The notes below the pieces were generated by a model. That model ran no database searches. It was not told the origin of the DNA and worked only from the letters and a program-made list of their open reading frames with translations. 43,371 bases of DNA. It comes from a virus. Taxonomy: Duplodnaviria; Caudoviricetes. The DNA lies in the IMG/VR virus record IMGVR_UViG_3300046786_000532, positions 1-43,371 of that record; one strand, 5' to 3'. The translations under genes and the position numbers were made by a program. Positions 34,113 through 42,672 of this stretch are shown one piece after another (the first letter of the stretch is position 1; each line of letters begins with the position of its first letter).

Positions 34113-34424
34113 GTGCCGAGAACGCCTACCTCTAGGAACTATGATATGAAGATGGCACCACAAGAACCAAGAGCTTCGGACATAAATAACGACCTAATCA
34201 TCTACCGACTAGATGAGATTAAAAGTCAGCTTGCGGACTTCAAAAAAGATTACGTTACTAAAGAAGAATCTCAAGCACTCAAGCAAGAAATTAAAGAGCT
34301 GCGAGACGATGTCCACGAACTCAAAAACAAGAAGGTCTTTCGAGATACGATCTTGTGGGTAGGGTTAACCGCATCTGCAATTATCAACATTGTTGCGATG
34401 TATAAGATATTTACAAAGGGGTAA
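34113..34424 (+). CDS. Coiled-coil plus C-terminal TM protein (holin-like), copy B
   Basis: INNDLIIYRLDEIK, YVTKEE, C-terminal TM; directly upstream of the endolysin. Confidence 0.6.
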   Translation: MPRTPTSRNYDMKMAPQEPRASDINNDLIIYRLDEIKSQLADFKKDYVTKEESQALKQEIKELRDDVHELKNKKVFRDTILWVGLTASAIINIVAMYKIFTKG

Positions 34425-34425
34425 T

Positions 34426-35274
34426 ATGCCAACACAACTACAAGCAAAACAGTGGATACAGGCATCAATCGGCAAACGCTACGACACCGATGGTTACTAC
34501 GGAGCGCAGTGTAAAGATTATGCTAACGCCTACGCAGGGTTTATGGGACACCCCCTAAAAGCTTCTAACGCTAACGCCACATGGACACTAGCTCAAGACC
34601 CTTACTGGCAGAAACTCGCCAACACTCCAACATTCTTACCACAACCTGGTGACATTGTTGTCTGGGGTGCATGGAGTGGTAACCCCTACGGACATATCGG
34701 GGTAGTGCTAGACGCTAACCTAAACAACTTTAGATCAGTCGATCAGAACTGGTTTGGTGCTAATTCAACTGTGGGTAGTCCAGCAGCCGTAGTTACACAC
34801 AATTATACGAACCCTAGAGTAGTGGGCTTTTTACGACCAACATTTAGTGCTGAGGCACAAGGAGATGAAATGATAGCAAACGCAGATCAAGCAACTAAGA
34901 TATACAAAATGCTACGCCCGAACAGTGGCGCAACGCAAGGTGAAATTGACGGTACAGCAGGTAAACGAACCTTCGCCAACTTCTTAAACGATGCACAAGG
35001 TGAGATCAACGCTAGAGATGCCGCCCTACGCAACCAGAACGCTCGCCTTGCAGAGTTACAAACTCAAGTGAATGATTTATCTACTCGCCCAACAAAAGCT
35101 GAAATAGAAGCTCTCAAACAGCAAGTAGCAGATGCACAAGTGCTGGCTGAAAAAGAGAAGGCTGAAACCGAACGTCTCTTGAAGGAGCGTAGTGCCGACA
35201 GTAAACAACTAGATCAAGCCAGTGGCTTCGCTAAATGGTTGGTGGAGTTCGTGAAAGGTCTGCTAAAGAGATGA
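34426..35274 (+). CDS. CHAP-domain endolysin with a C-terminal coiled coil
   Basis: DGYYGAQCKD (Cys), PGDIVVW, YGHIGVV (His), DQNW. Confidence 0.9.
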   Translation: MPTQLQAKQWIQASIGKRYDTDGYYGAQCKDYANAYAGFMGHPLKASNANATWTLAQDPYWQKLANTPTFLPQPGDIVVWGAWSGNPYGHIGVVLDANLNNFRSVDQNWFGANSTVGSPAAVVTHNYTNPRVVGFLRPTFSAEAQGDEMIANADQATKIYKMLRPNSGATQGEIDGTAGKRTFANFLNDAQGEINARDAALRNQNARLAELQTQVNDLSTRPTKAEIEALKQQVADAQVLAEKEKAETERLLKERSADSKQLDQASGFAKWLVEFVKGLLKR

Positions 35275-35420
35275 CAAAGATATTCCTAGCCTTGCTGATA
35301 TTCATGGCTATATTCATTTTCGTATTAACTGCAACGCTCATTTACTACTCACCTGTGGTCGACAGGCTAGTAAATTGGTGCGACAAGTACCCAAATTCAT
35401 TAGAAGATTGTAAGGAGTAA
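35271..35420 (+). CDS. Small single-TM lysis-module protein
   Basis: Hydrophobic N-terminus, two Cys; ATGA overlap. Confidence 0.5.
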   Translation: MTKIFLALLIFMAIFIFVLTATLIYYSPVVDRLVNWCDKYPNSLEDCKE

Positions 35421-35423
35421 ATT

Positions 35424-35630
35424 ATGAAAGAAGAATTCAAAAATACCGCAAAAGGTAAAGGTGTTAGAACCGCATATCAAGTGCTTGTAGCATGGCTACC
35501 AGTATTACTTGGTGTTTTAACACTTCCAGAAGTAAAAGACTTTGTAGAGGGCAATACTGTAGGCACAGGTGCAATCGTAGCTGTGATTGCTGGTGTAGTT
35601 GCTTATTTGCAGAACCGCCAAGGCAAGTAG
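35424..35630 (+). CDS. Holin (two TM)
   Basis: RTAYQV...two hydrophobic helices; lysis-module position; SD aaggag. Confidence 0.7.
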   Translation: MKEEFKNTAKGKGVRTAYQVLVAWLPVLLGVLTLPEVKDFVEGNTVGTGAIVAVIAGVVAYLQNRQGK

Positions 35631-35691
35631 TTTATAAAGCACATTAACAATCTAGTCTGTAATTCCCAGCCAAGTTTAGAAAGGTCAAGTC

Positions 35692-35916
35692 ATGTTAAAA
35701 AACAGCACGGTAGAAAATGTTAAGTCAATCGTACATATCGTAGATGAGAAAGAGTGGAGCCGCCTAGAAGGTAAGTTACTTACTTTGATAGACGCAACAA
35801 TGCCAGCAAACCAACAGAATGCAGCAATTAAAAGTGTCGCAAGAGAAACGTTGTGGGATTTCTTTAATAGCCTTGCATTCTACGACCAACAGAATGTCGC
35901 AAAAGTAATAGTTTAA
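35692..35916 (+). CDS. Hypothetical protein enclosed by a 26 bp inverted repeat
   Basis: LEGKLLTLIDA...Q..AIKSVARETLW; flanked by 35649-35674 and 35924-35949. Confidence 0.7.
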   Translation: MLKNSTVENVKSIVHIVDEKEWSRLEGKLLTLIDATMPANQQNAAIKSVARETLWDFFNSLAFYDQQNVAKVIV

Positions 35917-35958
35917 TTAACCTCTTGGCTGGGGTTTACAGGCTAGATTTACATTAAC

Positions 35959-36056
35959 AGTTGTAGGTAGCAGTCTGGGATATGGTAGTGTAGTGAGCCT
36001 TGTAATAATAGGAACCGCAAAAATGCTACATTACCCCCAGTCTCATACCTACAACT
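35959..36056 (+). ncRNA. ~98 nt long hairpin RNA element
   Basis: 35959-35969/36046-36056 form 11 perfect bp; 35975-35979/36036-36040; 35984-35994/36025-36035 with G-U on +. Confidence 0.55.
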
Positions 36057-36070
36057 ACCAAGGAGCAATC

Positions 36071-36295
36071 ATGGAACAACAGTGGCCAGAGTTTAAGATA
36101 GTAGACATCAAAGCACTTCGTGAACGTGCAGGAGCGTTTCTAAGCGGTGTTTGGAATGCTGGTAGACATGTAGAGCTATGTCTTAGTGAACACAACAGAG
36201 GGGCTTCTGTGATGCTCGACGAGGCATTGGATAATCAACCAGAGCTGCCGTTTGATGAACCAGGTGGTCGCTGGTCAGATATGGGCGAGTATTGA
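36071..36295 (+). CDS. Hypothetical protein
   Basis: ATG 36071 after aaggag. Confidence 0.65.
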   Translation: MEQQWPEFKIVDIKALRERAGAFLSGVWNAGRHVELCLSEHNRGASVMLDEALDNQPELPFDEPGGRWSDMGEY

Positions 36296-36296
36296 T

Positions 36297-36647
36297 GTGG
36301 AAACTTCACGCCACCATACCTTCTATAACAGGGCATGGTATCGTACCCCAATACTGAGGCAACTACGCCAACACCCTCTTGTAGTGACTCCGTTAGAAAA
36401 ACCAGTACACCAAGATCTACACGCTGAATTACCATTGTTACCACGACCACGCCCCGACATCGCAATCGGGGCTTTGTGTTTATTAGAGGATTTAACAGAT
36501 CAGAACGTGACTGACCCTGTATTAGCTCACTTATACCTAGCTGAACACTTACTCGGTAGCAGGGATAGATTAGCACACCGTATCGGACGACATATAATAT
36601 TACAAACTGGATATATCCAAGAAGGCTACCATGATATTACGGATTAA
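36297..36647 (+). CDS. His-rich hypothetical protein (possible degenerate HNH-like metal site)
   Basis: RHH...LRQH...VHQDLH; GTG start. Confidence 0.55.
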   Translation: METSRHHTFYNRAWYRTPILRQLRQHPLVVTPLEKPVHQDLHAELPLLPRPRPDIAIGALCLLEDLTDQNVTDPVLAHLYLAEHLLGSRDRLAHRIGRHIILQTGYIQEGYHDITD

Positions 36648-36927
36648 CGGTGAACCAACAGAGTTTGAAGCCTATTCACTTGGTTATGATAATGACCTGC
36701 TAGACGGTGTACTACTAGATATGCCTGAGACTTACGTTTTCTTATCAGATCATGTTGAAGATGCTAGAGAAATGCAAGCGTTACTACCAGATGATATGCA
36801 ACACTTTGATCTGACAGGCTGTGATCCAGATTTTGAGCAAGTACCTCACAAATGGGTGCTTGAATCTGTCGGGCGTATGATTGTTCGGACTGCTGAGAAG
36901 GTCTGTATTGAGGCTTGTGGTGAATGA
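36631..36927 (+). CDS. Hypothetical acidic protein
   Basis: 98 aa operon-coupled ORF. Confidence 0.6.
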   Translation: MILRINGEPTEFEAYSLGYDNDLLDGVLLDMPETYVFLSDHVEDAREMQALLPDDMQHFDLTGCDPDFEQVPHKWVLESVGRMIVRTAEKVCIEACGE

Positions 36928-37093
36928 ATACCCCTACTGGCTACCGAATGATCGCTTTGTAAGGTATCAAGCACTCAGAGGGCAAGAAGCTGATCTTAGA
37001 AAACGTGCTGAAGCTATGTTGGAGTCGGCGGATAAGTTGGGGGAGTTGGCTATGGGTATATTAGATGAGTTCCCCTTGCCAGAAAGCCAGTAA
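36920..37093 (+). CDS. Hypothetical small coiled-coil protein
   Basis: Probable GTG start overlapping the upstream gene. Confidence 0.5.
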   Translation: MNEYPYWLPNDRFVRYQALRGQEADLRKRAEAMLESADKLGELAMGILDEFPLPESQ

Positions 37094-37146
37094 ACTACAA
37101 AAACGAAAAGTGCTATAATAACCCTAGACAAACAAGGAAAACAAAG

Positions 37147-37821
37147 ATGGCAGCTGCAAATACATACAAAGAGCAACAGGACAGGGTACTAGATCTGATA
37201 AGCAAATCAGATTCTACTACTAGAAACCGTGTTAAAAACTGGATAAACATGGGTTACTACGATTTCGTGCTAAGAGAGTTGTGGCCATTCCGTGAAAAGA
37301 CTGGAACGATCTCACTCGTACAAGGTACGCAGGAATATGATCTAGTCACTAACTTCGCAGACATAGACCTACAAAACATTATTAGTGTCAGTATACAGGG
37401 TGCCAGTTCTGGCAAACTTATCTACTGGCCATTCAATCAACTGCGAGCAGATCAACCAGATTTCGACTCAGAGGGTCAAGCAATACCTACTCGTTACTAC
37501 CTAAAAGGTGGCAAAATAGGCTTCTGGCCAGTACCTAACGGTACAGACAGCGTGGCCGTTGATTATTATCTCGTACCAACAGAGCTAAGTGCAGATGCAG
37601 ACGAACCAGTAATACCTGTCGGTTATCGGGAATCGCTTGTGCAGTATGCCCTATCTAAAGAACATGACTTTAACAGTGACCCAGACCTTGCTATCAAGGC
37701 TTCTAACGAATACGAACAGTTTATTGTTAAGGCTCGTATGAACCTACTCACTCAACCCACAGACAGCGGATCGTTCCGCATAATGGGGCCAGCTGACTAC
37801 TATAACTGGACGGATATTTAG
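37147..37821 (+). CDS. Head-tail adaptor protein
   Basis: VKNWIN...LWPF, GTQEYDL, PTRYY, FWPVP, D.P.IP..YRESLVQYA; TGCTATAAT upstream. Confidence 0.8.
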   Translation: MAAANTYKEQQDRVLDLISKSDSTTRNRVKNWINMGYYDFVLRELWPFREKTGTISLVQGTQEYDLVTNFADIDLQNIISVSIQGASSGKLIYWPFNQLRADQPDFDSEGQAIPTRYYLKGGKIGFWPVPNGTDSVAVDYYLVPTELSADADEPVIPVGYRESLVQYALSKEHDFNSDPDLAIKASNEYEQFIVKARMNLLTQPTDSGSFRIMGPADYYNWTDI

Positions 37822-37829
37822 GAGGCCTA

Positions 37830-40094
37830 ATGCCTGTATCATTCCAACAGAAAATGAACTTCAGTAACAGGAAGGAAGAAAGCGTTGCTGAGTATAGCTT
37901 CGTAGGTGGTCTTATTACTGATGCCCACGAATCTAAGCTACAACCTAACCAGACACCGAACGTGAGTAACGTTATATATAACCAGACAGGCTCTATAAAG
38001 ACTAGAAACGGCTATACACTCTATAACGCTGACGTTGTTGGTACTGCTTCAGATCAAGCCAATACAGGGGCTTCTACAGGCTCCTCAAACGTAACAACCA
38101 CCGCAACCTTTGTTGCACAGACATTTGTACCGTCTGGTGCTATAAACGCTACACAGGTCAACCTATACCTTGCTATGGTCAACTCTGGTGAAGAACAGTA
38201 TGTACGCTGTGAGCTATGGTCAACAACCGCTGGTGTACCGACTACCCTGCTAACTAACGGTCAAGGCCCAATACTATTAGTTTCTGGTACATCTGAGACA
38301 GCTTATAAGTTCATATTCAAGCACCCCGTGGCTCTCAGTGCTGCGACAACCTATGCCATTGTAGCAAAGCCATTTGTTAGAGGCTCTACACAGACAGTTA
38401 ACGACGTAGAGGTACATTACACTGGCACGGCTTACGCTAACGGTAACTTATACACCTCAAGCGATACAGGTGAGAACTGGACATCAGATACTAATAAGGA
38501 CATGAAGTTTGTTGTCTACAGTGGTGGCGACGTAGCTAACACAGGTCTTATCCGCTATTACAAGCCAAGTAGCACCGCCCAGCTACTAGCTAAGTTCGGA
38601 TCAACTATCTATAGAGGCACAGACAACACAGGTGCCATGACTGCTATCACACTACCTTCGGGTGTAGCATTTAATAGTGCTAACCAACTCGACTTTATAT
38701 CAGTCAACGATACCCTACTTGTAATCGACAGCGACAGCCAGATTAAGAAGTACCGTGGCTCAACTAATGCCAACTACTCTACTGGTACAATCTCTGTAAC
38801 CGTTGACTCTGCTACCGTTACTGGATCGGGTACATCTTGGAATACATCTACTAACGCTGAAGTTGGTGAGTATATTAAGCTACCAGACAGCAAGTGGTAT
38901 CGTATTACTGCTATAGGTGGTGCAACCAGTCTAACAGTCGAAACCGCTTACAAGGGCTCTACGGCCTCAGGACAGACCTATGCTATCTCTCCATGGGGTG
39001 AAGTTATGGGCAAACTAAGTACTACTGGCGGTGTAACCGTACCAACACCACAGGCTATCGCTGCCTTTCAAAACCGTGTCTGGACACTAACCAATAACCA
39101 GATTAACTTCTCAGTACTAGACACCTCAGTTACTGAGGATCACTTCAATGACTTTGATACTACTAACAACTCAGGTGTCATAAACGTACCAGCTGGTAAG
39201 GGCGATACGGGTACGGGTCTATACGCTCTAGGTAACGCACTCTTTGTCTTCCAACGTCGGGCTATCTGGGCAATCTACGGTAACTCACCAGCTAACTTCG
39301 AGCTTCGTAACATCACTAACGAGATCGGTATGATAAACAACCGAACGCTAGTTGAATGGGATGATGTACTGATATTCCAATCAGACAGAGGCATCTATAT
39401 GTTTGATGGTACAAACCTCAAGAATATATCAGATAAGGCTGTTAACACTACTATCAGCTCCTGGGCAAACACTACAAGCCCTGTGGCTACGCTGTGGGAG
39501 AATAAGTACCTTATAGGCTATACACCTGGTGGTGATGCTCATAACGCCGAAGCACTGTTCTATGACCTTACACGTGGTGTATGGGGGCACATGGATCACT
39601 TACACATGAACAGCTTTTCTAACTGGATCGGTGGTGATGACCATGGTGAGATCTACTTTGGTTCTTCAACTACAGGTAACATCTACTTATGGAATACTGG
39701 TGGTAACGATGCTGGCTATGAGATTGATACGCTCTACGATACTCCTTCACTAAGCTTCGACTCAGGTATTAACGATAAGGCTATTAAGAAGTTCTACATA
39801 CAGCAACTAGCTCTTGGTGACTGGGATATGACCGTTACACAGCTACAGAACATATCTGAGAACACCACTACAGGATCAGACATTAACCTCAGCCCTGGTA
39901 GCTCATCTCTATGGGATGTTGCCGAGTGGGATGTTGATTCATGGAGTAGCGATGGTGCTCTTATTACTAGCCGAGTAGCCGAGTTCCAAGGAATAGGCAA
40001 ATACTTTAAATTTAGAATCCAGCAGTCTGGTTACGACGAAGGGATAGAAGTCTTAGCACTTCAGGCTACAGCGAGAATGAGGAGATTGACGTAA
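37830..40094 (+). CDS. Tail nozzle / stabilisation protein (beta-propeller) with inserted domains
   Basis: FVGGL..., GSIKTRNG, FQNRVW, LFVFQRRAIW, LWDVAEWDVDSW; follows the adaptor. Confidence 0.78.
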   Translation: MPVSFQQKMNFSNRKEESVAEYSFVGGLITDAHESKLQPNQTPNVSNVIYNQTGSIKTRNGYTLYNADVVGTASDQANTGASTGSSNVTTTATFVAQTFVPSGAINATQVNLYLAMVNSGEEQYVRCELWSTTAGVPTTLLTNGQGPILLVSGTSETAYKFIFKHPVALSAATTYAIVAKPFVRGSTQTVNDVEVHYTGTAYANGNLYTSSDTGENWTSDTNKDMKFVVYSGGDVANTGLIRYYKPSSTAQLLAKFGSTIYRGTDNTGAMTAITLPSGVAFNSANQLDFISVNDTLLVIDSDSQIKKYRGSTNANYSTGTISVTVDSATVTGSGTSWNTSTNAEVGEYIKLPDSKWYRITAIGGATSLTVETAYKGSTASGQTYAISPWGEVMGKLSTTGGVTVPTPQAIAAFQNRVWTLTNNQINFSVLDTSVTEDHFNDFDTTNNSGVINVPAGKGDTGTGLYALGNALFVFQRRAIWAIYGNSPANFELRNITNEIGMINNRTLVEWDDVLIFQSDRGIYMFDGTNLKNISDKAVNTTISSWANTTSPVATLWENKYLIGYTPGGDAHNAEALFYDLTRGVWGHMDHLHMNSFSNWIGGDDHGEIYFGSSTTGNIYLWNTGGNDAGYEIDTLYDTPSLSFDSGINDKAIKKFYIQQLALGDWDMTVTQLQNISENTTTGSDINLSPGSSSLWDVAEWDVDSWSSDGALITSRVAEFQGIGKYFKFRIQQSGYDEGIEVLALQATARMRRLT

Positions 40095-40334
40095 ATGCCA
40101 ATACTCCCAGAGATCCGTACTAGTGGTATAAACGCTGGTGATACAGATGCTCAGATTCAGAGCCTTGCTAAGCAGATGAACGAATGGGGCAGGAGTATAT
40201 CGAACGAAAAGCGAACAGATGTCTATAAGGATAACGCAGGGACAAACCGCATCATCATAGGGGTACTGCCAGATGGTGACACTGGTATTGTTATGACGAG
40301 AGAAGATGTGGACGTACTAAGTGTCTTTAGTTAA
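40095..40334 (+). CDS. Small tail-associated protein
   Basis: NRIIIGVLPDGDTGIV motif. Confidence 0.65.
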   Translation: MPILPEIRTSGINAGDTDAQIQSLAKQMNEWGRSISNEKRTDVYKDNAGTNRIIIGVLPDGDTGIVMTREDVDVLSVFS

Positions 40335-41013
40335 TCAACAAAATATAGCCTTCAGCACCTCGTATCAGACCGATAAGATTGTCGGGGTATATTCTGGTAG
40401 CTTCGATACCAACACCGCACCACAGCTAGGCGGATATATAGCCTACACCACCGTTGCTCACGGCCTAACCAGACCAGTCTTTACCAAGCTACAGACATCA
40501 TCTGATGGCACAAACTGGCAAGATGGTAACTCAGCTAACCAATACGCTATATCTTACTCTACGACTACGCATATATACGTTCTGAGTGCTGCGAGTGTCG
40601 GTACCATTTACTATAGGGTTGTAGCCTTCTGGATCGATGACTACGACACGACTAACCCATTAGTACCACCGACAGTCGGTAGTACGTCTAACATTACCTT
40701 CGATAGCCGACTTAATTACCAGAAGGTAGCCTACCAAGGTGTGCTCACCATACCAGCAGCTACACTAGCAGTAACCAATACAATTACCCATAATCTCGGT
40801 TACAAGCCGACAGTTAGGGTCTACAACGAAATGAAGACTGGTGAGGTGTGGCTGGCTAACTATGGTGGTGGAATCAGCAACTATTGGGTGTATGATTTAG
40901 CTATGGTGGAAGCAGATGTTAGCGTTACCGATACAACTTTAGTAATTGACTCGTATGGTGGCATTACTAGCCCAGCGACGAGAGTTTGGTACGTGGTGTA
41001 CTACGATGGGTAG
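40321..41013 (+). CDS. Tail-associated protein
   Basis: AFSTSYQTDK, HGLTRP, FDSRLNY.K, ITHNLGYKP repeated beta domains. Confidence 0.7.
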   Translation: MSLVNQQNIAFSTSYQTDKIVGVYSGSFDTNTAPQLGGYIAYTTVAHGLTRPVFTKLQTSSDGTNWQDGNSANQYAISYSTTTHIYVLSAASVGTIYYRVVAFWIDDYDTTNPLVPPTVGSTSNITFDSRLNYQKVAYQGVLTIPAATLAVTNTITHNLGYKPTVRVYNEMKTGEVWLANYGGGISNYWVYDLAMVEADVSVTDTTLVIDSYGGITSPATRVWYVVYYDG

Positions 41014-41404
41014 CATAAGACTAGACGACGTAATACTTTCTTCATTCCATGAGGCTTTTAAGAATAGAGAAAAGAAAACCGCATCAGTGGTACTGTCTGG
41101 CACCGTGCCAGCTTTTGATGCTTTGCAGTTCACCACAGATATAGCCATTACAAGAGATCAAGCTGTCTTTGAGGTCTATTACCAGCGAAGTGGTGCCTAC
41201 TCTCGCAGGGTAGCTAATAACAGTATCATACTCAGAGATCTTACATGGGCGAGTGGTAATGCAAACATATCTGTCTATAACCCTTCAGCTAACGTACTTC
41301 GTATTGAGATATTTGTTTCTAACAATACTGGTGCCCCTGCTGCACTGTCTAGTCAGACCTATGACTTTACTATTTACGTCTTTGATACACCATTTAGTAC
41401 TTGA
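41006..41404 (+). CDS. Tail-associated protein
   Basis: Likely ATG 41006; beta-rich. Confidence 0.6.
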   Translation: MGSIRLDDVILSSFHEAFKNREKKTASVVLSGTVPAFDALQFTTDIAITRDQAVFEVYYQRSGAYSRRVANNSIILRDLTWASGNANISVYNPSANVLRIEIFVSNNTGAPAALSSQTYDFTIYVFDTPFST

Positions 41405-41429
41405 CATATAACCATAGCTATGATAAGCT
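41401..41429 (+). promoter_or_regulatory. Internal promoter TTGACA-17-TAAGCT with extended TG
   Basis: ttgaca tataaccatagctatga taagct. Confidence 0.6.
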
Positions 41430-41436
41430 CATCAAT

Positions 41437-41922
41437 ATGAAGAGGAAAATAATCGGAACAGCAATAGTACTAACATTGATAACGGGAGGTAGCCTAATGG
41501 CTGTTAACCAACCTAGTGAGGAAACTCGCCAGATACCAGTAACGATTGAATCTAAGGTTACACCATGGCCAGCAAAGCCAGCTACCGAGACACCAGTAGC
41601 AGAACAGCCATCAACACCACCTGTGACCCCACCAGAGCCCGTAGAAGCCCCACAAGTACCACCACCAGACACAAAGTGCGTTGGAGATAAAAATACTGCT
41701 TTAGCACCCCTACAAGCTCAATTAAACGAGTATGATGGTCTTATTGCAAAACGTACTGTTGAACTTACAGAACTGTACAACGCTCGTAAGTCAGTTAATG
41801 CTATACCAGAATGGGTTACACTAGAGTATTGGCTAGAAGATTACCTAAGTCGTACACTTCGACCTGCAAAAGATAGAATACAGGTACAGTACAACACTCT
41901 CGCCTCTCAGTACGACTGCTAG
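41437..41922 (+). CDS. Membrane-anchored or secreted moron protein
   Basis: MKRK plus hydrophobic helix, Pro-rich linker, helical domain bracketed by two Cys. Confidence 0.7.
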   Translation: MKRKIIGTAIVLTLITGGSLMAVNQPSEETRQIPVTIESKVTPWPAKPATETPVAEQPSTPPVTPPEPVEAPQVPPPDTKCVGDKNTALAPLQAQLNEYDGLIAKRTVELTELYNARKSVNAIPEWVTLEYWLEDYLSRTLRPAKDRIQVQYNTLASQYDC

Positions 41923-41994
41923 ACCGTATATTTACTTTTGTCAATACACTAGGCTATAATCAAGCGTAGTTACTTAAAAGGAAAAACAAATAAA

Positions 41995-42669
41995 ATGGCA
42001 ACCAGGTACATTGATGAGGCAACAGCACAAGTAGCACCGATCTACCAGCAACAGGAACAGGCTCTGAAATCTCAGATCCCTGCTATCCAACAGCTCTACC
42101 AGACATTATTCCAGGGTCTTGAAGGCCAACGTGCTACCGAAACACAGAATATACTTGAATCAGCAGGAGCACGTGGTGTGCTTCGTTCTAGCATGCCAGT
42201 AGACCTACAAACACAGCTTGGTACTGCACTACTTGGTGAACGCTCTAAGCTCGGTGCTCAACAGGCACAGGAGATTGCTGGCGTTAATATGAAGATTGGT
42301 GATCTTGGTATTCAAAGAACAGGTGCTATCAACCAATTAGCAGACACCCTATACAACCGTGATCTAACCGAACGTAAGTTCCAGATGGAACAGGAACAGG
42401 CTCGACAACAGGCAGCTTTGGCTCAAGCAAGTGCTAGAAGCGGTGGTGGAGGCGGAGGTGGTAGAGCAGCTTCTAAGCAAGAGGTTTACTCACAAGCAGC
42501 TGGTACGCTACGCTCACAACTAGTAGCCGATAAACTCATAGGTCGTGATGGTTATGTAAGCCCTCAAACATACAGCCAAATGCGAAGAGAATGGGGTGCA
42601 GCTGGCCTAGTGGACTTTGACCGATACTTTGGTGGCTATAAGAACCCTAACAATAAAAACTACAGGTAA
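41995..42669 (+). CDS. Putative ejection/pilot protein
   Basis: Q/A-rich helical, ARGVLRSS, poly-Gly; TATAAT and SD aaagga upstream. Confidence 0.65.
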   Translation: MATRYIDEATAQVAPIYQQQEQALKSQIPAIQQLYQTLFQGLEGQRATETQNILESAGARGVLRSSMPVDLQTQLGTALLGERSKLGAQQAQEIAGVNMKIGDLGIQRTGAINQLADTLYNRDLTERKFQMEQEQARQQAALAQASARSGGGGGGGRAASKQEVYSQAAGTLRSQLVADKLIGRDGYVSPQTYSQMRREWGAAGLVDFDRYFGGYKNPNNKNYR

Positions 42670-42672
42670 ATC

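Noticed and set aside
34067-34135. 22 aa ORF MTSVGISAGTGVTKISAENAYL after the LamG gene
   Set aside because: Could be a gene remnant, but too short to support
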